Positions 18,994 through 28,225 of a stretch of DNA of 64,000 nucleotides are shown here, piece after piece. Every line of letters starts with the position of its first letter. Position 1 is the stretch's first letter. A program made the translations under genes and the position numbers. The notes beneath the pieces are model-generated. The model was not told the DNA's origin. It did no database searches and saw only the letters and a program-made list of their open reading frames with translations. Source of the DNA: Candidatus Saccharimonadales bacterium (GTDB lineage Bacteria > Patescibacteriota > Saccharimonadia > Saccharimonadales > EFPC-124); NCBI GenBank assembly GCA_035457485.1, contig DATIBO010000006.1, positions 754,659 through 818,658 on the forward strand, given 5' to 3'.

Positions 18994-19620
18994 ATGAAGC
19001 TTTTACTCACTTCCGGCGGCATCACGACCCAAAAAATTGCCGATGAACTTAACAAGCTAGTAGGGCAGGGCGGCAAAAAGGTAGCCTTTGTGCCAACTGC
19101 AGCCAATGCCGAGCCCAATGGCCCGTGGTTTTTAGAACAAGTTGATAACTTGCGTAAGTTTGGGTTTGATCAGATTGATTTTGTAGATCCATCGGCTGCT
19201 GAAAATGATTGGCGAAGTCGGTTAAACAAATCCGATATAATTTTTGTATCTGGTGGAAACACTTTTCACTTATTAAAACAAACGCGCGACTCTGGTTTTG
19301 GCGAGTGGTTAAAGCAGAATATCGACCGCAAAATCTACGTTGGTTCAAGCGCTGGATCAATTTTGGCTACACCTAGTATTGCCGCGGCGTCTGTCGATCA
19401 TGGTGACCGCAATATTCCTGGTCTCAAAGATTTAACTGGATTAAACCTAGTAGACTTCGAGCTATCACCACATACTCCCACCGAAGTTAGCGACAAAGGT
19501 AACAGAGAATATGCCGCTACGATCGCAAATAAGCTGTACGGAATAAACGATCAATCTGCGATCCTGGTTAGCGGCAACAAAATCAAAGTTGTTCACGACG
19601 GTGATTTTTGGGAATACTAG
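18994..19620 (+). CDS. peptidase S51 (dipeptidase E-like) family protein
   Basis: IIFVSGGNTFHLL and nucleophile motif VGSSAGS. Confidence 0.7.
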   Translation: MKLLLTSGGITTQKIADELNKLVGQGGKKVAFVPTAANAEPNGPWFLEQVDNLRKFGFDQIDFVDPSAAENDWRSRLNKSDIIFVSGGNTFHLLKQTRDSGFGEWLKQNIDRKIYVGSSAGSILATPSIAAASVDHGDRNIPGLKDLTGLNLVDFELSPHTPTEVSDKGNREYAATIANKLYGINDQSAILVSGNKIKVVHDGDFWEY

Positions 19621-19674
19621 TAAACTACCCGTTGATAGATTTCACATTGTTAGTGATTTGGATATAATTGACGC

Positions 19675-19839
19675 ATGAAAATAGTTTTTCCCGACCGAAT
19701 TGACTTAGACGAACCATCAAAACAGAAGCTGCAAGCTCTGGGCGTGCAAATGTATGATGATACGCCTAGCGATGATAGTGTAATCATCGAGCGCATCAAA
19801 GACGCCGAGATCATCACCGCAAACTCGAATCTTGCTTGA
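19675..19839 (+). pseudogene. possible N-terminal remnant of a D-2-hydroxyacid dehydrogenase-like gene
   Basis: 54-codon ORF MKIVFPDRIDLDEPSKQKLQALGVQMYDDTPSDDSVIIERIKDAEIITANSNLA*. It resembles the start of the catalytic domain of that family and stops before the NAD-binding domain. Confidence 0.4.
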
Positions 19840-19923
19840 GTGGCAAGCCAATAAATACCGTAAATTAGTGCTTGCGATAGCCTAGAATCTAAGTCATAAT
19901 AACCACAAGCGCAATGGGAGGGC

Positions 19924-21639
19924 GTGATTATAGCCGCGTTTAAAAGCGAAATCACTCCGTTTTGGTACAAACGGATCTGCGAAGCCACTTTTTTTGTTTC
20001 GTTAGTTTTAGTTTGTCTTTATTTTTTAGCGCATTTTGCCCCAGGAGCTGGCACAAGTTCCTGGCTGCAGATTCCAGATCTGGCTTTTTGGTTTGCCTGT
20101 GTCAGCACTTTAGTTAGTCTGGCCGGGCTAATTGTTCAAAAGCAACAAAAGTATCATTTTGGAATGGCATTGGCCAATTATCTGTTAATTGCAGCGACTA
20201 CAGCGTCGCTAATTGTTCTTAGCGGTGGCTCGAATTCGGCTTTTATTGCGTTGTGGCTATTAGTTGCGGTTTTTGCCGCAATGTTTGGCTGGCAGATTTG
20301 GCTAATAATGCTTTTTGTTGCAAATGCCGGTGTAGTTTGGGAGATATTTTTTGGCGGCGAAATACCAGATCTAGAGCAAATTATTAAACTCATTTTAATC
20401 GCCGAAGCACCTCTGATAACTAGTTTTGTACTGTGGCACGCCGAAACAGGGCAGCCAACAAACCAAAAAGCTTACAATGCGCTTGCTCAACAACTTTCAC
20501 AGGTGGCCAACAAGTCTGAAATTGTGATAAATTCGATCGGCGATGGAGTTGTGGCAGTAGACAAGGCGGGTCTGGTTCAACTTATAAACCCATCCGCGCA
20601 AGCAATCTTAGGCTGGAGTAAACAAGATGCGATTGGGCTTGATTACAGATCACTGATAAAACTTGTAGACTTAAAAGGCAAACCGATCGAAGAACAATTA
20701 TCGCCAGTTAAACAAGTTTTAGCATCTAACAAGCCGATGTCGAGCAATGACTTCGGCCTACTAACAAAAAGCGGCAAAACGGCGCGCATGTCTCTTTTGG
20801 TTTCACCGGTTAGTGGCAACCAGAGTGCAGAAGGGGCGATTTTAGTTTTTAGGGATATTACACAAGAAAAAGAGCAAGAGCGACAACGTGCCGAATTTAT
20901 CAGCACTGCGAGCCACGAAATGCGCACGCCCGTTGCGGCAATCGAGGGGTACTTAGGTTTGGCCATGAACCCGCAAACCGCTGTGATCGATGATAAAGCT
21001 CGAAGCTACTTGCAAAAAGCGTACGAATCAACGCAGCACCTCGGCCGGTTATTCCAAGATTTACTCACAGTATCGCGCGCCGAAGACGGCCGCCTGCAAA
21101 CTAAACCGACAGTTCTGGACATAATAAGTTTTACCCGAGAGATCGTAGAAGGCTTAGAGCAGAAAGCAAAAGATAAGAATATAAGCTTAGTTTACACGCC
21201 TGGCAAAGTGATAGATACAAAAGTTCAGCCGGCATACTTTGTTTATGCTGATCCGGACCAAATGCGTGAAGTTTTAAATAACCTGGTAGACAACGGTATA
21301 AAATACACAAAAGAAGGATCCGTAACTGTAGATGTTACTGGCGACCAACAAAACGTTGCAATTAGCATCACCGACACTGGTATTGGAATCCCACCCGAAG
21401 ATACAGTACATCTGTTCCAAAAATTCTACCGCGTCGATAACACTGATACCCGCGAAATCGGCGGCACTGGATTAGGTCTTTTTATAGCCAGACAGTTAGT
21501 TGAGGCTAATAATGGTCATGTAACTGTTGAGAGCACGTATGGCAAAGGCAGCACTTTTACCGTAAGGTTACCAAGAATGGCCAACGAGCAAGCGGCTGCA
21601 GTAAAAGGGCAGGCAACGAAAACAGTGCCACTGGTTTAG
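19924..21639 (+). CDS. sensor histidine kinase (multi-TM, PAS, HisKA, HATPase_c)
   Basis: H-box ASHEMRTPVAAIEGY, NLVDNGIKYT, DTGIGIP, GGTGLGLFIAR. GTG start sits directly after GGGAGGG. Confidence 0.85.
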   Translation: MIIAAFKSEITPFWYKRICEATFFVSLVLVCLYFLAHFAPGAGTSSWLQIPDLAFWFACVSTLVSLAGLIVQKQQKYHFGMALANYLLIAATTASLIVLSGGSNSAFIALWLLVAVFAAMFGWQIWLIMLFVANAGVVWEIFFGGEIPDLEQIIKLILIAEAPLITSFVLWHAETGQPTNQKAYNALAQQLSQVANKSEIVINSIGDGVVAVDKAGLVQLINPSAQAILGWSKQDAIGLDYRSLIKLVDLKGKPIEEQLSPVKQVLASNKPMSSNDFGLLTKSGKTARMSLLVSPVSGNQSAEGAILVFRDITQEKEQERQRAEFISTASHEMRTPVAAIEGYLGLAMNPQTAVIDDKARSYLQKAYESTQHLGRLFQDLLTVSRAEDGRLQTKPTVLDIISFTREIVEGLEQKAKDKNISLVYTPGKVIDTKVQPAYFVYADPDQMREVLNNLVDNGIKYTKEGSVTVDVTGDQQNVAISITDTGIGIPPEDTVHLFQKFYRVDNTDTREIGGTGLGLFIARQLVEANNGHVTVESTYGKGSTFTVRLPRMANEQAAAVKGQATKTVPLV

Positions 21640-22976
21640 GTTTTAAATGATGCGGCAAACATCCTAATCTTTTCTTTAGCAGTTTTAGGGATCGTCGCCT
21701 CCAGCGCCGCGTGCATTAGCAAGTTCCGCCTAAGCAGCTCTTTTGAAGCATCTTTAAAAATAGCACGCTCACGCATATTGTTAGGCCGATTGCCAATCTT
21801 AATATAAGCATCAAACTGCGGCGGAGCGTACTCGTGATTTGTTTTTTTGATATCCAAAAGATTCAACACGACACTATTTTCGACACTTAAATAAATGTAA
21901 ATTAATTCAACCAGAGGTAAATCGTTTTGCATTGTAGCTGCTTCTAAACTGCTTTCAAAATCATCGATCTTAGTTGGAGATTTTAAATAGTGCGACCGGT
22001 AATCTGAAAGCCATTGCATAAAAAGCTTATGAGTTTGACTTTTATGTATTGCAAATAACGGCGACTCAGGTTGCCCCCCAACGTTCATCCTTTCGCTAAA
22101 AGCCTGCAAATTAGCCAAAGTGATTCTATCAAACAAGTTCATGTTCTTGATCTGAGACAGCGCACTTAGATAAGCTTCCGCAAAGGATTCGTAAGGGTAA
22201 ATGAGCTTTGCAACTTCTACGATATCGCCCAGGTACCTATAAGGTTTCAAACTAACCGTGTTTTCGTTAAGGCGAAAACAACCGCGGCTAGCCATGCCCA
22301 TTTCAAACCCAAAGAAGTTAATCGTGGACTCGATTTCATCCATTTTCTCTAGCGTAAAATCAGGAATCGCCACAGATACGGAGTAGGGTCCTGTAATCTG
22401 ATCAGCCCACTGATCGTTATCTAAATCGCCATTCATTAAAATTAAACGTTCTCCATCAGAGCCTGTCATGTTGTAATAATTGCAAACCCTTCCAACCGCT
22501 ACAAAACCATTTTTAAAAAAAGCCGAAAGAGAATTATAGTTATTTGGATGCACGGTTGTAATCATCTTTGTTTTACCAGCCTTTTTTGCGATCTCAATTG
22601 AATCTTTTAGAACTTGACCGCCTAAGCCGTTGCCAGAAAACTTGGGGCTAGTCGCCAAAACCCACATATAAGCTGTGTCATGTTTCAGATTTTGCAGCAT
22701 CGATTCTTCGGCCTCTGGATCTGGCCCAGTCATGATTCCGCCCATCGCCGCAATTTCTCCTGTTGGATCAACGTAACCTGTAAACTCCGCGATCCCTAGC
22801 GCAAATAAACGCTCGTATGTTTTGTATTCGTAAGTAGGCTGAGTGACTTCGCCGCGATCCTGCGAGAAAATCGAAAAGTCAAATTCAGCAGCACGCTGGA
22901 CCATCTGCTTGGAGGTAAAGCGAGTTTTATAATATTGTTTAAATCTTTCAACCTGGTGTAGGCCTTCTACGGACAT
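21636..22976 (-). CDS. GNAT N-acetyltransferase domain fused to an unknown ~230-aa C-terminal domain
   Basis: Acetyl-CoA site-like SGNGLGGQVLKDSIEIAKKAGK..HPNNYNSLSAFFKNGF. The C-terminal half has no motif I recognise. Confidence 0.55.
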   Translation of the reverse strand: MSVEGLHQVERFKQYYKTRFTSKQMVQRAAEFDFSIFSQDRGEVTQPTYEYKTYERLFALGIAEFTGYVDPTGEIAAMGGIMTGPDPEAEESMLQNLKHDTAYMWVLATSPKFSGNGLGGQVLKDSIEIAKKAGKTKMITTVHPNNYNSLSAFFKNGFVAVGRVCNYYNMTGSDGERLILMNGDLDNDQWADQITGPYSVSVAIPDFTLEKMDEIESTINFFGFEMGMASRGCFRLNENTVSLKPYRYLGDIVEVAKLIYPYESFAEAYLSALSQIKNMNLFDRITLANLQAFSERMNVGGQPESPLFAIHKSQTHKLFMQWLSDYRSHYLKSPTKIDDFESSLEAATMQNDLPLVELIYIYLSVENSVVLNLLDIKKTNHEYAPPQFDAYIKIGNRPNNMRERAIFKDASKELLRRNLLMHAALEATIPKTAKEKIRMFAASFKT

Positions 22977-23063
22977 ATTTTATAAAACTACTTCATAAAA
23001 CAAACGTTATCAAGCATAAGAAGCACTGGAATTTTTGATATTTGTCTCGTACAATGATTTTAG

Positions 23064-24029
23064 ATGACCAAAATTTTACTTGTTGAAGACGATAAAAGCC
23101 TACGCGAAATTTACGGGGTACGCTTACTTGCAGAAGGCTACGATATTGTGACTGCGAGCGATGGCGAAGAAGCTCTAGCGATTGCAATAAAAGAGCATCC
23201 TGCACTTATTATTTCAGATGTAATGATGCCAAAGATTAGCGGTTTTGATATGTTGGATATTCTAAAATCCACAACCGAGACGCGCAACATTAAAGTTATC
23301 ATGATGACCGCTCTAAGCAGCGAGGAACAGCGGGCGCGCGGCGAACGAATTGGCGCTGACCGCTACTTAGTAAAATCGCAAGTGGGAATTGAGGATGTAG
23401 TTAAGACTGTCCACGACGTACTTGGAGATAAACCTGCTGCTCCAGCTGCTCCTGCAGGAACTCCTCAGGCCCAGCCAACAGCAGTTGCGCCAAGCATGTA
23501 CCCAAATCCAGCAGCTCCGGCTCCGCAGGTAGCTGTTACTCCGTCACCAGTCCAGCAACCGGTAGCCCCACAGCCTTATCAGGCTCAACCAATTCAGCCA
23601 CACACAATGCCGCCCGCAATGTCTACTACTCCTGCCAGGCCAGCTGCAAAACAGCGTATAATCCAGCCAATTAATGATCCGTCGCAAAAAATTGACATTA
23701 ACGAACTTTTAAATCGCGAACTAGCTAAAGAAGCAGGCGGTGGAGTAGTTCCACAGATCAGTACAACTGATCAAGAAAAACAAATCGTAAACGACCAGAT
23801 TCAGCAGGCCGGAGATTTTTTTGCTCCGACTCAACCGCAGCCAGCTATTCAACCAGCTGAGCCATCTAATGAACAGTTGCAACAGCCTACGTCTAGTAGC
23901 GTTCCGCCAACTCAACCAACAGTTTCTGCCCCAAGCGCAACCTGGCAACCAGTTCAAGCCCCAACGAGTCGCCCAGCAATAGCGCCCGCGCCAACGCGTC
24001 CAGATATAGCCCCACCTGCTAGGCAATAA
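23064..24029 (+). CDS. response regulator receiver domain with ~200-aa Pro/Gln/Ala-rich tail
   Basis: Receiver ILLVEDDK...SDVMMPKISGFD...YLVKSQV. Residues ~122-321 are low-complexity P/Q/A. Confidence 0.8.
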   Translation: MTKILLVEDDKSLREIYGVRLLAEGYDIVTASDGEEALAIAIKEHPALIISDVMMPKISGFDMLDILKSTTETRNIKVIMMTALSSEEQRARGERIGADRYLVKSQVGIEDVVKTVHDVLGDKPAAPAAPAGTPQAQPTAVAPSMYPNPAAPAPQVAVTPSPVQQPVAPQPYQAQPIQPHTMPPAMSTTPARPAAKQRIIQPINDPSQKIDINELLNRELAKEAGGGVVPQISTTDQEKQIVNDQIQQAGDFFAPTQPQPAIQPAEPSNEQLQQPTSSSVPPTQPTVSAPSATWQPVQAPTSRPAIAPAPTRPDIAPPARQ

Positions 24030-24033
24030 ATTA

Positions 24034-24732
24034 ATGAATCCTCAAAACGACGTTCCACAACGAGCAAATAAATTTATTGCCACACACCTAGCAATTGGTA
24101 GGCGAGCCGCCGATGATTTAATTGCAAAAGGCAAAGTTTTAATTAACGGCGAAAAAGCGGAGCTCGGTAGTCGCGTTTACGCCGGCGACAAGGTCACGGT
24201 CGACGGCAAAAAGGTCGATAGCGTAAAAACTAATTATCTTTACGTATTAATGGATAAGCCAGTTGGTTACGTCTGCAGTCGGCGACAGCAAGGCGACGTT
24301 CCAACAATTTACAGCCTGCTTCCACAAAAGTACGATCACCTAAAAACCGTGGGTCGCCTAGATAAAGATTCTTCGGGCTTGATTCTACTTACTAACAACG
24401 GCGATCTGGCACATCAGCTAACACACCCGAGTTTTAAAAAAGTTAAAACTTACGATGTTCAGTTAAGCAAACCACTAGAACCATTACATCGTCAGATGAT
24501 CAGCGATATCGGCATAGATCTACCCGACGGCAAAAGTAAGCTTTTGCTTGAGCGTTTAACCGACGGAGATGAAACCTCGTGGCAAGTTACAATGCACGAA
24601 GGCCGCAACCGGCAAATACGGCGGACTTTTTTGGCCTTGGGTTATACGGTTATAAGCCTGCGCCGTAAAACATTTGGAAAATACTCGCTAGATCAGTTAA
24701 ATGGCAAGCAAATTCTAGAGATAGAACAATAA
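24034..24732 (+). CDS. pseudouridine synthase (RsuA/RluB family) with S4 domain
   Basis: S4 N-terminus, catalytic GRLDKDSSGLILLTNNG, HEGRNRQIRR. Confidence 0.85.
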   Translation: MNPQNDVPQRANKFIATHLAIGRRAADDLIAKGKVLINGEKAELGSRVYAGDKVTVDGKKVDSVKTNYLYVLMDKPVGYVCSRRQQGDVPTIYSLLPQKYDHLKTVGRLDKDSSGLILLTNNGDLAHQLTHPSFKKVKTYDVQLSKPLEPLHRQMISDIGIDLPDGKSKLLLERLTDGDETSWQVTMHEGRNRQIRRTFLALGYTVISLRRKTFGKYSLDQLNGKQILEIEQ

Positions 24733-24747
24733 TTTTAAGTCGGACTT

Positions 24748-24780
24748 CCCCGATCCAGCGACAATTCTACTGGACCGGGG
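24748..24780 (+). terminator. hairpin after the pseudouridine synthase gene
   Basis: CCCCGATCCAG/CTGGACCGGGG pairs at 10 of 11 positions with an 11-nt loop. The T tract is weak. Confidence 0.4.
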
Positions 24781-25007
24781 CGTCTTAATATCTACATTTG
24801 GTTCTGTTTACATTTTAGACTAAACAAGCTAAACTCCACCCAATGACAAACCCATTCAAAACAAATCCAAAACTCAAAGATACTCTAATTCGTTGCACTT
24901 TGGCATGTTCCGTCCACTCTAATTGAAACAAACTATTTTTTATTGTATAATCATTTAGATCTGCAGGCGTGCTGCGCTTGAATAATGTATTATAAAAGAT
25001 AGAAATT

Positions 25008-26345
25008 ATGAGTAAAAAATTACCAACTGTTGCCGTTGTCGGCCAAACTAACGTAGGAAAATCCAGTCTGTTTAACAGAATGGTTGGGTTTCAGCAAGCA
25101 GTTGTTGCGCGCGAGGCCGGCACAACTCGCGACAAAGTCGTTGGAATTGTCGAGCATAATGGTCAAAACTTTTGGCTAGTAGACACCGCCGGCTTGAAAG
25201 ATCCGTCTGACGAGTTCGAAGCAAGTATCCAAGAGCAGATTACCGAGGCAACTGAGGCAGCAGATCTTATTTTAGTTGTCGTAGACAGCACTATTCCGCC
25301 AAGCGACGACGACCGAAGCGTGGCAAAAAAAGCCTTAAAATCGCGCAAACCCGTAATTTTAATTCTAAACAAAGTCGACAAAAAAGAATCTTTGCCAACC
25401 GAAGAATTTTTGCGCCTTGGCATCAAGCAAATTAACCGCACCAGCGCCGAACATAACAGGGGAGTTAGTGCCCTGTTAGACGAAATTGCCAAGAATATCC
25501 CCACGGCAAAAGACACCCCGCGTGACGACATTTTGCGAATTGCGTTTATTGGTCGCCCAAACGTTGGTAAATCTTATCTGTTCAACACCTTGGGCGGCAA
25601 GCAAGAGGCGATCGTGGCAAACGTTGCTGGCACAACCCGCGATATTAACCGCGTTCGCACCCGCTACAAAACTCAAGACATCGAAATTCTAGATACAGCT
25701 GGCATTCGTCGCAGCGGTAAAATCGAAACCGGAATCGAAAAGTTCAGCGTGCTTAGAACCTTGCAAGCGATTGAGGAAGCCGATGTTTGCTTGCTTTTAG
25801 TTGACGTCAACGATCTTCACGTTTCACTTGATCAAAAACTCGCCGGAATGATTAAGGAATCAGGCAAAGGCCTAATTTTAGTAGTTAGTAAGTGGGATAC
25901 CTACGAAGAGAAGACTCCTTTTAGCCGCGATGAAATTGCCAAGCAACTAATTAACAACTTTCAGTTTGCACCGTGGGTCACATTATTGTTTACTAGCGCC
26001 GTAACAGGTCAAAACGTGTCTAAAATCTTTGACCTTGCACTAGATATTTACGAACGTCGAAAAACCAAACGCAAGACCAGCGAGCTTAATAAAATTCTTC
26101 AAAAATGCATCGAAAAGCACCCACCAGCTGGGCTAAAAAACACTCATCCAAAGTTGCGCTATATGGTGCAGACAGATGTCAATCCACCTTGGTTCGTAAT
26201 TTACGGCAGCCACTTAAAGTTCTTACATTGGAGCTATAAGCGCTACCTTGAGCACGCAATTCGTGAAGCCTACGATTATACAGGCACATCGATAAAATTC
26301 AGCTTCCGTGAAGAAAAGAAAGAACGCCTCGAAAGCGAAAAATAA
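25008..26345 (+). CDS. der: ribosome-associated GTPase Der/EngA
   Basis: Two G domains (GQTNVGKSSLFN, GRPNVGKSYLFN, DTAG twice, NKVD/SKWD) plus a KH-like C-terminus. Confidence 0.9.
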   Translation: MSKKLPTVAVVGQTNVGKSSLFNRMVGFQQAVVAREAGTTRDKVVGIVEHNGQNFWLVDTAGLKDPSDEFEASIQEQITEATEAADLILVVVDSTIPPSDDDRSVAKKALKSRKPVILILNKVDKKESLPTEEFLRLGIKQINRTSAEHNRGVSALLDEIAKNIPTAKDTPRDDILRIAFIGRPNVGKSYLFNTLGGKQEAIVANVAGTTRDINRVRTRYKTQDIEILDTAGIRRSGKIETGIEKFSVLRTLQAIEEADVCLLLVDVNDLHVSLDQKLAGMIKESGKGLILVVSKWDTYEEKTPFSRDEIAKQLINNFQFAPWVTLLFTSAVTGQNVSKIFDLALDIYERRKTKRKTSELNKILQKCIEKHPPAGLKNTHPKLRYMVQTDVNPPWFVIYGSHLKFLHWSYKRYLEHAIREAYDYTGTSIKFSFREEKKERLESEK

Positions 26346-26398
26346 GCCAGCAAAAATTAAAGAACAACTTCTGTGCAAAGTATGGCATACTTTAAATA

Positions 26399-26944
26399 AT
26401 GAAGATTGTAGTTGGCTTAGGAAACATTGGCGAACACTTTAATGGGACTCGCCATAACGTGGGTTTTGCTATATTAGATTCGCTAACAGACGACTGGCAC
26501 GACAGACCCAAATTCAAATCATTTGTCGCCGAAGTCAATATAGGTGGCGAAAAAGTTATTTTGTTAAAGCCTAAAACATACTACAACCTAAGTGGCGATG
26601 CAGTTATAGCTGTAAAAAATTTTTACAAAGTAGACGCGCGCAACATTTTAGCGGTACATGATGAGCTCGCATTACCGTTTGGCGCAATCAGGACTCGTAA
26701 TCAGGGCAGCGACGCCGGCAACAACGGAATCAAAAGCTTAATAGCTCAACTTGGGCCCGATTTCGCCAGGGTGCGCATTGGGATAGCTAACGATTTTACA
26801 GCTAAAACCGACGCTGCTGATTTTGTGTTGGGACATTTTACTCGTGAAGAGTTGAAAAAAATGCCCGATATTGCGCACTCAGCTAAAAAAATGATCAACA
26901 ATTTTGTTACGAATAAATTTGAGCAAACTAGTGTAAACCCCTAG
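26399..26944 (+). CDS. pth: peptidyl-tRNA hydrolase
   Basis: MKIVVGLGNIG..GTRHNVGF...HDELALPFG. Confidence 0.9.
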   Translation: MKIVVGLGNIGEHFNGTRHNVGFAILDSLTDDWHDRPKFKSFVAEVNIGGEKVILLKPKTYYNLSGDAVIAVKNFYKVDARNILAVHDELALPFGAIRTRNQGSDAGNNGIKSLIAQLGPDFARVRIGIANDFTAKTDAADFVLGHFTREELKKMPDIAHSAKKMINNFVTNKFEQTSVNP

Positions 26945-26954
26945 CTTTAGGCAA

Positions 26955-27226
26955 TAAAAAAGCGCCAGGTAAGGGTGGGCATCACCTGGCGCCGTTTTAC
27001 CCTTCAACCCACCCGTTTCGGGCATTAGCGTGACCCACCTCACATAATCAAGAGGTCCGCCGGTTAAAGGGATTAGCTTGCACACAACGCTTATAATTGC
27101 GTTTAAAGTGGAGGGTAGAAAACTTTAGACGCACGTTGTATGCAATCTAACATTTAACTCTCTGGGGAGAGAGTGTTAGAATTTTGGGGGTATAAGGTGC
27201 GGTTTCGCCCTTACAGGCTTACCGTG
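26955..27226 (-). ncRNA. candidate ~270-nt stand-alone RNA of unknown class
   Basis: Minus-strand TTGACA (27259-27254), 17 nt, TAAATT (27236-27231). Hairpins at 27194-27212, 27146-27180 (13 bp) and 27012-27022. Ends at the 26962-26992 hairpin plus U6. No minus-strand CDS lies downstream. Confidence 0.3.
26962..26992. terminator. bidirectional intrinsic terminator
   Basis: GCGCCAGGT/ACCTGGCGC 9-bp stem, 13-nt loop. A6 lies immediately 5' (U6 on the minus strand) and T4 lies 2 nt 3'. Confidence 0.65.
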
Positions 27227-27280
27227 TGTTAATTTAACACGCCTAGGCTAAAATGTCAATACTTTTTTACATAAATCATC

Positions 27281-28141
27281 ATGATTAGCAATAGCGTTTT
27301 ACCAGATCAGAGCGAATACTTACAGATCATAACAAATATTGCAGGTTTTCCAAAAAGCTTATATTTTAGTGGTAATTTACCTAAAAATAGGGTGAAAACA
27401 GTTTCTATAGTCGGAACACGCAAACCAACAGATTACGGCACCGAATTTGCGTATAAATTTGCTTACGAACTAGCAAAGCGGGGCATAGTAATTGTAAGCG
27501 GCCTAGCTTATGGAATTGATGCGATCGCCCATAAGGCGGCGCTAGATGCCGGCGGAACAACGATCGCTATACTTCCATCCGGCTTAAATAGAATTTATCC
27601 ATCGGGAAACGCAAAACTCGCAGATAGGATTGTTGAAAATGGCGGCTGTTTACTTACAAAATACGAACCAGATTCGCACCCATACAAATCGAGTTTTGTG
27701 CAGCGCAGTCAAATTGTATCTGGCATAGCTGACGGAGTTTTAGTGATAGAGGCAGGCGCAAAAAGCGGCACAATGCATACAGCCGAGTTTGCTCGGCGGC
27801 AGGGCAGAGTGGTCATGGCGCTTCCGGGCAACATCAATAGCGTAATGAGCGAGGGTTGTAACAACCTTATTAAAAAAGGAGCTGTGGCCATAACCGAAAC
27901 CGCCGATATTCTAAGTGCAATTGGATTCAAAAAACTTATTCAAACAACACTACCAGTCGGTTCAAACCCTCAAGAACAGATTATACTAAAGCTCATCACA
28001 TCTGGAGTTAACCAAACGGAACACCTTCAAAAACAAAGCAGCCTTAGTGCCGCGGAGCTTAACCAAGCGCTAACAATGCTAGAAATATCAGGCCAAATTA
28101 AGTCGATTAGCGCAGGCAAATGGGTTACAGGAAATCTATGA
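27281..28141 (+). CDS. dprA: DNA processing protein DprA
   Basis: VSIVGTRKPT..GLAYGIDAIAHKAALDAGGTTIAILPSGL..SGTMHTA. Confidence 0.85.
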   Translation: MISNSVLPDQSEYLQIITNIAGFPKSLYFSGNLPKNRVKTVSIVGTRKPTDYGTEFAYKFAYELAKRGIVIVSGLAYGIDAIAHKAALDAGGTTIAILPSGLNRIYPSGNAKLADRIVENGGCLLTKYEPDSHPYKSSFVQRSQIVSGIADGVLVIEAGAKSGTMHTAEFARRQGRVVMALPGNINSVMSEGCNNLIKKGAVAITETADILSAIGFKKLIQTTLPVGSNPQEQIILKLITSGVNQTEHLQKQSSLSAAELNQALTMLEISGQIKSISAGKWVTGNL

Positions 28142-28225
28142 TAGTCCGCACGAACACTTGCAATATTTTTAATTTTGCGTAATGTAGATCACTAAGCTAT
28201 ATTCAGAACATTAAGCACAAACATT

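Noticed and set aside
19650-19988. 112-aa minus-strand ORF as a gene
   Set aside because: It overlaps the kinase start and the dehydrogenase-like stub, has no SD, and its composition is Cys/Ser/Ile-rich nonsense. The plus-strand stub explains the region better.
24733-25007. 275-nt spacer upstream of der as an RNA gene or small-protein locus
   Set aside because: It holds only the terminator-like hairpin 24748-24780 and a 27-codon ORF (24843, MTNPFKTNPK...) without an SD. Composition is ordinary AT-rich spacer, and I saw no further structure or repeats.
26955-27226. Calling the pth-dprA spacer RNA an SRP RNA, 6S RNA or riboswitch
   Set aside because: It has no helix-8 GGAA/AGCA motif, and there is no downstream minus-strand gene for a riboswitch to control. 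6S cannot be recognised by eye. I kept it only as an unclassified candidate.
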